From Octopus vulgaris (Eukaryota): a DNA stretch of 64,000 bases. The notes beneath the pieces are model-generated. The model ran no database searches. It was not told the origin of the DNA and was given only the letters and a program-made list of their open reading frames with translations. The translations under genes and the position numbers were made by a program. Every line of letters starts with the position of its first letter. Position 1 is the first letter of the stretch. Where the stretch lies: contig OX597827.1 in the NCBI GenBank assembly GCA_951406725.2, forward strand, positions 42,718,001 to 42,782,000, read 5' to 3'. Below are positions 27,100 to 39,004 of this stretch, piece by piece.

Positions 27100-27237
27100 T
27101 ATTCTGTGTCCCTTTCTGTAGAAGGGCCTAGGCTCGAAACGTAAAAGACTTTTTCTATTCCTGAGCGATATACTAATACATCTGTTTGTTTTGTACACCA
27201 CCTGTATTCGTCTTTTGTTTTTTTTTTCGTAAACTAT

Positions 27238-27291
<54 letters not shown>

Positions 27292-27492
27292 ATTCGTTAG
27301 TTACTGCACGCATTTTTTTTTCTCTCCTTCTTTCTGTGTTTTTTTTCTCCGTGTATCTTTCTGTTGAAGAGCGTAGGCTCGAAACGTTAAAGACTTGTTT
27401 TATTTATATTTCCTGAGCGCCATACTAATACAATTGTTTGTTTGTTTTCCACCTGCTTTCGTCTTTTGTCTATTTTCATAAAGCTTCCCGTT
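27100..27492 (+). mobile_element. Two tandem family E elements separated by (TA)n, each with a hammerhead-like motif
   Basis: CTTT-CTGTAGA-AGGGCCTAGGCTC-GAAACGTA-AAAG (core at 27116) and TCTTT-CTGTTGA-AGAGCGTAGGCTC-GAAACGTT-AAAGA (core at 27361). Confidence 0.75.
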
Positions 27493-27545
27493 ATATATTT
27501 ATATATATATATAAATATATCTATATATCTATCTATCTATCTATC

Positions 27546-27607
<62 letters not shown>

Positions 27608-27958
27608 GTAAGGGGATTTTAGAGGTTGTCGAGTACTACAGCTGTTTCAAAAATGCATCGAGTGCTTTTGAAACTGTCGTAGTACTTGGTGATCTTTTCC
27701 CTGCCTTTTTTATTAATAGATTTCATTATCACGATATAAGCAGCATTTGTTCCTTTCGGTATGGAACATGTGATCTTATTGGAATTTTCTGTCTAATCTC
27801 GATATGGGATGAATTGTGTTTGATGCTTGGATTAATAAGTTTTATCGATCTATTCCTCAGTCAGATTTATTTCCTATACATATCGTGGTTTATGCAAGAG
27901 ACTTACCAACTGCTTTTTACCTCGCTCACCCGACATATCCTACAACATTGCTAGTGTG

Positions 27959-27999
<41 letters not shown>

Positions 28000-28099
28000 A
28001 GTCAGTGCTGTCTGTCGAAGAAAAGAAACAGTACTTAACACCATAGCAGGAATTAACATATTTTATTTTGGTACCCTGACACACACACATACACACACA

Positions 28100-28138
<39 letters not shown>

Positions 28139-28305
28139 ACACTAACTTACATACACACACATATGCATATATGTATGTGTGCCTTAGGCACCTCGTAATG
28201 GGATTGAACCGGGAACCAAGCTTCTTACCGAACACCTACGCCTGCGACTGTTAGGATATACATATGCATGCATGCGCGTGGGGGTGGATGGAGGTGAGAG
28301 AGAGA

Positions 28306-28347
<42 letters not shown>

Positions 28348-28669
28348 GTGTGTGTAAGGAAACGAACTTGTGTATTTTCGTTCATTCACGAACTGAGATG
28401 AGCCAAATAATGGGATCATTACGTAGACACTGCATATGCTAGCAACCAGCTCACGCACCACTGCTTTTAGAAACAAAAGGACACGTATGTGGTGTAGCGT
28501 AGTCCTAGACATTCAAAATTATTAAGAAAATACAAAAAGACTTGCTTTGAGATGCCTTTGATCATAGGACAGCACAATCAGAGGCTGACCTGGAGCGACA
28601 ACGCGATGATGGCCTACAAACAGCCCTTCAAGCGAATCACTTATAATCAACACTATGAAGTAAGGCCAG

Positions 28670-28839
28670 GGGTGGTGGTAGTCGTGGTGGCGGTCGTGGT
28701 CATGGTCGTCGTCTTCGTCGTGGAAAAGTTGGTGGCAAGGGTGGTGGTGATGTTGGTGGTGCTGTTGACGTTGGTAGTGGTGGTAGTAGTGTCAGTGTTG
28801 TTGTTGTTGGTGGTGGTGGTGATGGTGATGGCGGTGTTG

Positions 28840-28871
<32 letters not shown>

Positions 28872-29460
28872 GGCGTTGCTGTTTTTGTTGGTGATGGTGG
28901 TGATGGCAGTGTTGTTGTTGGTGGTGGTGTTGGTGTTGTTGGTGGTGGTGTTGCTTTTGTTGGTGGTGGTTGTGTTGTCGTTGTTGTTTTTCCTGTTATT
29001 GTTGTTGCTGGTGGTGGAGGTGCTGTAGGTGGCGGTGGAGGTGGTGGTGACGACGGTGTTGTGTTGTTGTTGTTGTTGTTGGTGGTGGTGGTGTTGGTGG
29101 TGGCAGCGGCGGCGGCGGCGGTCTTGTTGTTGGTGGTGATGGTGGTGATTGTGGTGATGGCGGTGGTGGAGGTGGTGGTGATTGTGTTGTCGTCGTTGTT
29201 TTTCCTGTTATTGTTGTTGCTGGTGGTGGTGGTGGTGGAGGTGGAGGTGATGGTGGTGATGGAGGTGGTAGTATTACTGTTGTTGTTGTCGGTTTGTAGC
29301 AGTGGAGCTGCTGTTGGTGATGGTGGTAGTGCTGGGTTTCTCAGTAATGGCGGCGGCGGCGGCGGTGGTTGGCAGCGGTAGTGGTCGGCCCGGTAGAGCT
29401 CTTATTGTTTGCATTGTTATGGATATGATGTAACTGGTGGTGATTGTGCTAATCATTGTG
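28670..29460. repeat. Cryptic (GGT/GTT)n region with an internal duplication
   Basis: Directly visible. Confidence 0.85.
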
Positions 29461-29746
29461 CTATCCTATGGGGTTGTGGTTGTTGTTCTTATTATACATA
29501 TCGTTATTGTCGTTGGCCTTCTTTAGCCCCAGGTCGGTCCTGCTCGGCAATGACTAAGATCAAAAACATTCAAGCGTAACTATTCTCTTTTTTCTTTTAT
29601 TTTAGGTTTTTATTTCACAGTAACCAACCGGTCCGTGTACATCTAAGAAGGTAGGGCTCTGGTCTGACGGAACTTGGTTGCTATTTCTAGCTAACAAAGT
29701 GACCACCCAGCGGCACCCACTTTGGTTTCGATAAATGGATGTGATA

Positions 29747-29800
<54 letters not shown>

Positions 29801-29829
29801 ATAGCGATGACGACGACGATAATGACGAC

Positions 29830-29865
<36 letters not shown>

Positions 29866-30601
29866 ATTTGTCCCAGTGGCGATGGTGGTGGTGTTGGAAA
29901 AGCAGCCAGACCCATTGGAAGAGAAATCGTCCGTTGAAATTCTTAGCGCCAAACTATACGAATTGACAAAAAAAAAAAAAATAAAAATAAAGGAAAAAGA
30001 AATTTAAAAAAGAATTTAGTTGGGGGCAAAAAATTCAAGAACCCAATTTAAAAAAAAAATACCCAAAGGAAAAGAAAAAGAAGCCAGCAAAAAAACATAA
30101 TTATAAAAAAAAGTAAGGAATTAAATATTGAAAGAAAAAGAACAGAAAAAAGGAAAAAGAAGAGAAAAACCACAAACAGTCACGCGCGAAATTGGCGGGA
30201 GGTTAAGTCAGAAGGAGAGGGTGTCGGTGGTGGTGGTGGCGGTGGTGGTGCAGTGAGTTGGAGGAGGGAGGGGAGGAGGGGAAGGGGAAGAGGAAGGGGA
30301 GGAGAAGAAGAGGTGATGTTAGATAAAGGATGAGGTTAGAGGGCGCTTGGTGGGCGGGAGACAGATGGACAGGCGATGAATGTGTGTGTGTGTGTGTGTG
30401 TGGAGAGAGAAAGAGAAAGAGAGAGAGAGAGAGAGAGAAGAGAGAGAGAAGAGAGGAGGAGGAGGAGAGAGATAAAGAGGGACCGGGAGAACGAGATTCA
30501 GCCTGCTAAACAAGAGAAAGACGTGTGGAGGGGAAGAGGGAGAGAAGTGGAAGGGAGATGAAAAAAGAAGAGGTTGGCAAAGAGAGAGAGAGAGAAGGGT
30601 G

Positions 30602-30666
<65 letters not shown>

Positions 30667-30849
30667 GAGGTAAAGGGAGAGAGACAGATAGAGAGAAACA
30701 AACTGAGAGAGAGTGACAGACAGACAGGCAGATAGCCTGACATGCACAATTATTCAACTCACCGCCGCCATCTTACACATATATGAATATATACAATGAC
30801 AGATAAGTAAGCCACATACACACGGACACACGAACACACACACACACAC

Positions 30850-30887
<38 letters not shown>

Positions 30888-31167
30888 GCATAAACACAGG
30901 CACACGTACACACACTCAAGTCCGACAAGCTGGCAGAACTTTTAGACAATGTTTAGCGGCATTTTCGTCCGGCTTTTTACGTTCTGAGCTCAAATAACGA
31001 CGGGATCGACTTATTTACCCTCAAAATTGCTGCCATTGTAGATCTCTCCCTTTCTCCCTCTCTCTCTCACTCTCTCTTTTTCCCTCTTCTCTCCGTCCTT
31101 TCTCTGCAGAAGTTACAGTGACTCTAAGTCCGAGAGTTTCGTCCATTGATATATATCACACACACAC

Positions 31168-31225
<58 letters not shown>

Positions 31226-31226
31226 G

Positions 31227-31283
<57 letters not shown>

Positions 31284-31438
31284 AGTAAACCCTCGTCATA
31301 TTGCGGTTCATATTATACGTCGATTCCTCCGTGGTGTTGTTTAGCATTTATAATAAGATAAATATATGACAATTATGAAAATATATTTTTTATTGCCCAC
31401 AGGGGTTTGGGGAACGTAACACCTGCGATAGTCGAAGG

Positions 31439-31474
<36 letters not shown>

Positions 31475-31510
31475 CGTGTTTGAGTTCTATTTTCCGTTCA
31501 CACACACACA

Positions 31511-31563
<53 letters not shown>

Positions 31564-31564
31564 C

Positions 31565-31711
31565 ATATGGTAAGAGGCTTGTGTCCCAACCACATGGTTC
31601 CGATTTCAGTCCCAGTGCGTAGCACCGTGGGCAAGTATATTTTGCTATAACTTCGGGCCAACCAAAGCTTTGCAAGTGGATTTGGTAGACGGAATTTGAA
31701 AGAAGCCCGTT
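31565..31711 (+). mobile_element. SINE family A, 5' half (diverged)
   Basis: CCAACCACATGGTTCC..GGGCAAGT..GTAGACGGAA..GAAGCCCGT. Confidence 0.75.
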
Positions 31712-31713
31712 AT

Positions 31714-31750
<37 letters not shown>

Positions 31751-31753
<3 letters not shown>

Positions 31754-31930
31754 AGAGTTTACGAAAAAAAAACAAAAGACGAAGACAGGTTGTGTACAAA
31801 ACAAACAGATGAATTAGTATAACGTTCAGGAATAGAAAAAGTCTTTTACGTTTCGAGCCTACGCGCTTCTACTGAAAAAAAACAAGGAGAGAAAAAAATG
31901 TGTGTAGTGGCTAACGATCTATCATGGTGA
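31751..31930 (-). mobile_element. Family E element
   Basis: Reverse complement of about 27100-27240 and 27290-27492, including GGCTCGAAACGTAAAAGAC; (TA)n at its 3' end. Confidence 0.8.
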
Positions 31931-31940
31931 TATATACATG

Positions 31941-31997
<57 letters not shown>

Positions 31998-32044
31998 CTA
32001 TCTGTATGTATGTATGCATACTTGTATGTATGCTTGCATGCCTG

Positions 32045-32078
<34 letters not shown>

Positions 32079-32155
32079 TGTATGTATGTATGTATGTATG
32101 CATGCATGTATGTGTGTGTGTGCGTGTGTGTGTGTATTTGTGTGTGTGTGTGTGT

Positions 32156-33400
32156 TGAGACAGTGCCTCAATAACTCAAATGTGGACGTAATATTCCTTG
32201 AGTTTGCGAAAGCTTTTGATAAAGTGAATCGTAATATATCTCACAAACTGCATGTTCTCGGCATAGCTGGAAAATTTGCTGAATGTTTACATGACTTTCT
32301 GAAAGATAGAAGTCAGGCAGTAGTGGCCAATGGAGCCACCTCAATGAAAACAAAAATAGTGAGCGGTGTTTCACAGGGCACTGTCTTGGGACCACTGCTT
32401 TACATAGTGGCCCTCTCAGATATGCCCTCAGTTGCCTAGATAGTCACCCTTATTAGCTACGCAGACGATACGAAAGTCTCGCATAAAATACAGAACTCCA
32501 GCGATGTTGCACACCTGCCGCAGGAGTTGAACTCAATTTACAGATAGGCCGAGGAAAATAATATGCGGTTTAATGCTGAAAAATGCCAAGCCCCGCGCTA
32601 CTAGCATCTAAAACGAAATATAAAACTTACAGGGTACACTGGTACACAGGGTATTACAATCAGTGAAGGACCTGGGTATCGACATTAGTGATGATACCTC
32701 TTTCCAACGGCGCATTACCAGGATAGCGACAAAGTGCAGACGACTGGCTGGATGAATCCTGAGAACGTTCAGAAAGTGAGAGAAGGAAACCATGATGGTC
32801 CTCTGGAGGACATTCGTTCTCAGCCGCCTGGATTACTGCTCCCAGCTATGGTCACCCAACAGTGTAAAATTAACAGCGGACCTTGAAGCAATCCGGTGAA
32901 GCTTCACAAAGAAGATCGTCTCGTTGCAACAGCTCAGCTGCTGGGAAAGGCTGAAACAGCTAAGACTCTACTCTCTGGAGCGAAGGCGAGAGAGGTAGGC
33001 AGTAATGTACATCTGAAAGATCCTGGAAGAAATTGTGCCAAATTTTGGCATTGAAAGCTGCACCGATGCCAGAACGAGTCGACATTGCACAGAGTTAAAG
33101 ATCCCAGCAATGCCATCATGCTTCAGAACCAGTTACTGCAACAGCCTGGGTTTCAGCGTTTTAATATTCTCCCAAAGAGCCCGAGAGACCGACACCAATT
33201 GGATGTAGGTATTTTCAAATCAAAATTGGACCTCTTCCTGCCGAGAGTCTCATATGAACCTACTTTGTGGCAAGAGGTGCAAATGAGGATAACGACATCA
33301 AACTCCCTTATTCACCAAATTAGGTTAGACTCTCAAATGTAACAGTGTAGGAAAACGGCGGTGCCCCAACACGGTCACAGCTTTGAGCTGAAACTAAAAT

Positions 33401-33405
<5 letters not shown>
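32156..33405 (+). pseudogene. 5'-truncated CR1/L2-group LINE: RT domain to 3' end
   Basis: DVIFLEFAKAFDKV, SGVSQGTVLGPLLY, YADDTKV (from about 32458), SRLDYCSQLWSP, LRLYSLERRRER; several stops; ends GCTGAAACTAAAATAAAAT. Confidence 0.9.
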
Positions 33406-33434
<29 letters not shown>

Positions 33435-33437
<3 letters not shown>

Positions 33438-33622
33438 CCTGTGTTTGTATCCCCACCATCGCTTAACAACCGATGTTGGTGTGTTTACGTCCCCGTATCC
33501 TAGAGGTTCGGTAAAATGAACCGATAGAATAAGTACAAGGCTTACAAAGAATAAGTTCTGGGGGTCGACTTGTTCGGTGCTCCAGCATGGCCGCGGTGAA
33601 ATGACTGAATCAAGTAAAAAAA
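33435..33622 (+). mobile_element. SINE family A, 3' half
   Basis: ACAACCGATGTTGGTGTGTTTACGTCCCCG..CCAGCATGGCCGC. Confidence 0.85.
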
Positions 33623-33626
33623 TACA

Positions 33627-33673
<47 letters not shown>

Positions 33674-33921
33674 TTCACTAGCAGTATATTGGATATATGT
33701 TATCCCATAGAGGGTTGCATTTACAACTCCTATCTCAATTTGTATATATATATATATATATATATATGCATGTATTCATGTATATGTGTGTGTGTGTGTG
33801 TGTATGTGCACGCGCGCGTAAACAACGAGGGAAAAAATGAGAAACAGGACAAGTTAACACAGAGAAGGACCCTTCGTTTGTTGTCGGCTGTCTGTCTACT
33901 CAACATTTCGAGCATTCAACG

Positions 33922-33964
<43 letters not shown>

Positions 33965-33981
33965 TATATATATACACATAC

Positions 33982-34049
<68 letters not shown>

Positions 34050-34222
34050 ATGTACGTATGTATATTTATATAATTACACTAAACGTAAGCAGATACCAAT
34101 GCATATACATCACATTTAATATGTACATATGCAACTACACATAGATACACACAAACACATATGCACACAGACGCGCGCGCGCACCCATTTATACATATAT
34201 ATATACATACACACAACATCTG

Positions 34223-34255
<33 letters not shown>

Positions 34256-34804
34256 TGAGAGAGAGAGGGGGAAAAGTGGTGGTGGGGAGACTGAGAAAGG
34301 CCGAAGCTAAGAGAGTGAAAGAATATATCGCATGTATAGTAACTAATTGTTTGGGGAAGTCTGCAGCTGCCCTTGATCTGGGTGTGATGGTTGGCTACAG
34401 AGGAAGCTGACGGGTGCGGGGGTGCGGTGGGGTGGGTAAATAAAAAAAAATTAACGAGAAAATAAGCAAAAATGTTTTTCGAAAAAATAGGGCCCGCTCC
34501 AAATATGGGCTAAAACAGCTTGGATATCCTTTGGTAGAAACAGTGATAATTCCACGTATGGTTAATCAGTAGTTTGATTTGGTGATCTAAAGTCCTATTT
34601 TAGTGTGCTTAATTAGATTTAAGAATGACATAATTTTATTTCTCCAAATTCTGAAAGTTTATATCTTATTAAAATTTTTTTTTATCTCAGACTTACAGAC
34701 ATACGTACACACATACACCTATGAGTATAAATACATACCTGCATACACACATAAATGTGTATAGATATATATGCAGAGAGAGAGAGAGAGAGTGTGTGTG
34801 TGTG

Positions 34805-34854
<50 letters not shown>

Positions 34855-35091
34855 AATTATATATATTTACATATATATGTTATAAGAGGTAATGGTGTTG
34901 TTGAGACCCAAAGGTGTCAGATAATGCTGAATAAGTGCTATAGACAGACCATAGCTAAGTTCCAGATTCGGTAATAATGCGAATAAAGGGTTCAACGTTG
35001 GTTCTATGTCAGCGTGTGTATATAAGAATTTTTTGCGCAATAAGCTAAAAAACCAAGGCTGTATAGATATTAGAGCATTTATAGAGAGATA

Positions 35092-35118
35092 GATGCGCTA
35101 AGACAGATAGACAGTCAG

Positions 35119-35162
<44 letters not shown>

Positions 35163-35189
35163 CTGACTGTCTATCTGTTTTAGCGCATC
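35092..35189. repeat. Palindrome: 29-bp inverted arms around (AT)20
   Basis: GATGCGCTAAGACAGATAGACAGTCAGTT and AACTGACTGTCTATCTGTTTTAGCGCATC, 1 mismatch. Confidence 0.9.
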
Positions 35190-35204
35190 GGAAAAGGGAC
35201 GGAT

Positions 35205-35326
35205 GGAATAAATACCAGACTTACAAAGAATAAGTCCTGGGGTTAATTTGTTCGACTGAAGGCGGTACTCCAGCATGGCCGCAGTCAAATGACTGAAACA
35301 AGTAAAAGATTAAAAGAATAAAAGAA
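35205..35326 (+). mobile_element. SINE family A, tail fragment
   Basis: CTTACAAAGAATAAGTCCTGGGG..GACTGAAACAAGTAAAAG. Confidence 0.85.
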
Positions 35327-36012
35327 TGTAAATATACACACATATATGTAGCACACATGAACGGACATATACACAAGCGCACACAGGCATATATACACAC
35401 TTACATTTACATGTATGCACTCTCACACATACGCACAAACGAGCAAAACTATTTTGAAACAGTAGCAGCAGCGGATAACAAGACCAACATGTTCACCATC
35501 ATGAACAACAACAACAGCAACAACAGTAGCAGCAGCAACAACAACAACAACAACAGCGACAACAACAACACACATAAGTTCTTTATGAAGAGAGTAATGG
35601 CTGCTTTAAGTAGGCCATGCTTCAAAACATATTTGCGCGCCAAATTCGAATCAACGAAGAGAAAGACAGGCAGAAGACAGAAGATATAAGTAGGGCGTGT
35701 AAGAGGAGAAGGGGGAGGAGGAGGTAGCGGAGGTGGCGGAGGAGGAGGTGGAGAAGGTGGAGGAGGCGGAGGGTGGGAGGAAGGAGTGTAGGGTGTCTGG
35801 TGGGAGGTATAGGGAAGGCGATGGAGGAGGAGGTGGATGTGAAGGAGAAGAGGGACGAAAAAGAAGGAAGGAGAGAAGTAGTAGCGGAAAACAAAGGAGT
35901 AAAATAATAAAAATGAGAAGAATAACTAGTAGTAGTAGTAGTAGTAGTAGTAGTAGCAGTAGTAAAAATTGCAGAGATGGTGGTGCGGTAGAACAACAAT
36001 AACAACGAGACT

Positions 36013-36071
<59 letters not shown>

Positions 36072-36755
36072 AAGAAGAAGAAGGAGGAGGAGGAGGAGGA
36101 GGAGCGGGAGGAGGGGGAGGAGGAAGAGGAGAAGAAGAAGAAGAAGAAGAAGGAGAGGAGGAAGAGGGGGAAGGAAGGAGAAGTAGTACAGGAAGAGAAG
36201 GAGGAGGAGAGAAGGAAATGAGGAAGAAAAAGAGAAAGAAAAAGAAGTAGGAGGAGGAGGGGAGGGCATAACGTTCCAGTGCCACTGTTACCCTGGTGTG
36301 TAAAAGTTAGAGGAAGACCAGAAACAGGGGTGGTTGAGTAGCATTGAAGGACGGTGGCAAACTTGAAAGGTGGCTTCACGACAAAGGAAAGATGGGAAGA
36401 AGGAGGTGTTGGTGGGGGTAGGGGTTGTGGGTAGTGTCTCTCTCTCTTTCTCTCGCTATGTAACTATGGCGTCCCTAGGTCAAAGGTTTTTGATTGATTG
36501 AAGGGTTGATGAAAAGGAAGAAAAACGTGAATAACGTATCAATTACAGCAGCAGCAGCAGCAGTAGCAGTAGCAGCAGCAGCAGCAGTAGCAGCAACTGC
36601 AGCAGCAGCACTGCAGCAGCAGAAAGATAGCTAATGAGTGAATCTCTAGGTTGGTGAATTTCACAGTAGCGGATCCTAAAGTACCCGTAGGGTACTGTAA
36701 ATAAATTCTGGGGGTACTACCCAATTTAGGTGTCATTTAGTAAAATTTAATATAT

Positions 36756-37153
36756 AGGTGCAGGAGTCGCTGTGTGGTAAGTAGCTTGCTTACCGACCTC
36801 ACGGTTCCAGGTTCAGTCCCACTGCATGGCACCTTGGGCAGGTGTTTTCTGCTTTAGCCTCGGGCTGACCAAAGACTTGTGAGTGGATTTGGTCGACAGA
36901 AACTGAAAGAAACCTGTCGTATATATGTATATATATACATGTATGTATATGTTTGTGTCTGTATTTGTCCCCCCAACATCGCTTGACAACCGATGCTGAT
37001 GTGTTTACGTCCCTGTAACTTAGCGGTTCGGCAAAAAACCGATAGAATAAGTACTAGGCTTACAAATAATAAATCCTGGGGTCAGTTTGTTTGACTAAAG
37101 GCGATGCGCCAGCATGGCGGTAGTCAAATCACTGAAACCCATTAAAGAATAAA
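36756..37153 (+). mobile_element. SINE family A
   Basis: Complete layout. Confidence 0.9.
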
Positions 37154-37231
37154 ATATATGTATATATATATATATTTATATATATATGTATGTACATATA
37201 TATATATATATGTATATATGTACATATATAT

Positions 37232-37345
<114 letters not shown>

Positions 37346-37354
37346 GAGGGAGAG

Positions 37355-37543
37355 GGAGAATTCACGAAAAAGACAAAAGACGAAGACAGGTTGTGTAGAA
37401 AACAAACAGATGTATTAGTATAACGCTCAGGAATTGAAAAAGTCTTTTACGTTTCGAGCCTACGCTCTTCCACTGAAAGGAACACAGAAAGAAACAAAGA
37501 GAGAAAAAAATGTGTGTAGTGGCTACCGATCTATCATGGCGAC
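37355..37543 (-). mobile_element. Family E element
   Basis: Near-identical to 31751-31930; minus strand CTTT-CAGTGGA-AGAGCGTAGGCTC-GAAACGTA-AAAG. Confidence 0.8.
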
Positions 37544-37829
37544 TGTATGTATATACTCTCTCTCTCTCTCTTTTTCTCTCTTTCTCTCTCTCTAACACAC
37601 ACACACACAAAATATATGGGCTCCCACTGCATAGTACCTTGGGAAAGTGTCCTCTACCAGACTCCTGAACCGATCGAAGCTTTGTGAGCAGGTTTGGTGG
37701 GTGTGTTATTGTGTGGGAAATTTTTATGGTAGTAAAAAAGGCATTTTAACTATTTCTAAATTCGGTGCGTGGTGAAGCAATTAGCACCCCCCTGATTATA
37801 TTTATGTTTATGATGATAGAACATATATA

Positions 37830-37891
<62 letters not shown>

Positions 37892-37929
37892 AGAAAAGAG
37901 GAAAAAATCTATCAGAAAGGAACTCTATC

Positions 37930-37971
37930 TCTCTTTTGATAAGCATAACAAATGCGCAACCGGTAAAAAGA
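37930..37971 (+). ncRNA. Variant minimal hammerhead-like motif (U3-A8 core)
   Basis: TCTCTT-TTGATAA-GCAT-aacaa-ATGC-GCAA-CCGG-TA-AAAAGA; stem I 5/6, stem II 4/4, palindromic ACCGGT stem III; GAAA changed to GCAA. Confidence 0.4.
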
Positions 37972-38093
37972 ACTTTCACCTTATCAAATTACTTAAATTA
38001 CTTAAATTATTTTGTCAGCATTTTCTTCATTTCCTTTTTTATATTTCACAACTCGTGTTCCACCATCTCCTTTTTTAAATATCTATCTATCTA

Positions 38094-38166
<73 letters not shown>

Positions 38167-38654
38167 GCATATTGCAGTAGACTCGTGCGACTTTTTGGGG
38201 CATGTATTTATGGTTGAATGTTTGTATGTATCTATGTTTGTATGTACATGCATATGTATGTATGTATTACGCATGTATGTATGTATGTATGTATGTATGT
38301 ATGTATGTATGTATGTATGTATGTATGCATTTATGTATGTATGTATGTATGTATGTATGTATGTATGTGTGTGTATGTATGTATGTATGTATGTATGTAT
38401 GTATGTATGTATGTATGCATGTATGTATGTATGTATTACACATGTATATATGTGTGCGTGTCCGTATGTACGCATATGCGTGTTTCTGGTTGTCTTCAGC
38501 TTCCGGTTGATAACTGATATTGGTTAATTAACGTATTCGTAACTTAGCAGTTCGGCAAAAGTCACCAACAGATTAAGTACCAGGCTTAAAAAGTAAGTAC
38601 CTATCTCGATTTGTCCGACTAAAGCCTTCAAAGCGATGTCCCAGCATACCACCA

Positions 38655-38990
38655 ACATGCTTATCATTTCCAACCACTTATCAATTTTTTTGCTCACTGT
38701 ACCCAGAACAGCAACAGTTATTGGTGCAATGTACACCTTTTTCCATTCGCAAAAGCTTTTGGAATTTCGTTCTTCAGAGTTTCATATCTCGTCAATTTTT
38801 TTTTTATATTTTCGGCAAATCTGCATGCAGTCTCTTGGACACCTAATATCTATGATCATGCCTGATTTTTGATCAGCACAAAATCAAATTTCCAATGTAC
38901 GATTCCATCATTACATTAGATCATGATGTCACAAAGTGCCGTTGTTCTGGAATTTTCTGTCACACACTTTCGTTCAAATTCATACCATTT
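38655..38990 (-). pseudogene. R4/Dong-like RLE non-LTR element, C-terminal fragment
   Basis: Minus strand MIIDIRCP and WKKVYIAPITVAVLGTVSKKIDKWLE, matching RLE-domain ends (IIDIACP..VPVVIGALG). Confidence 0.6.
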
Positions 38991-39004
38991 TTCTTACCTT
39001 TTCT

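Noticed and set aside
28568-28659. Apparent 92-bp exon (catag|GA...GAA|gtaagg; QHNQRLTWSDNAMMAYKQPF)
   Set aside because: Its 5' part matches the ancient dispersed repeat (reverse complement of about 29523-29570); no partner exons were found and the peptide is not recognisable
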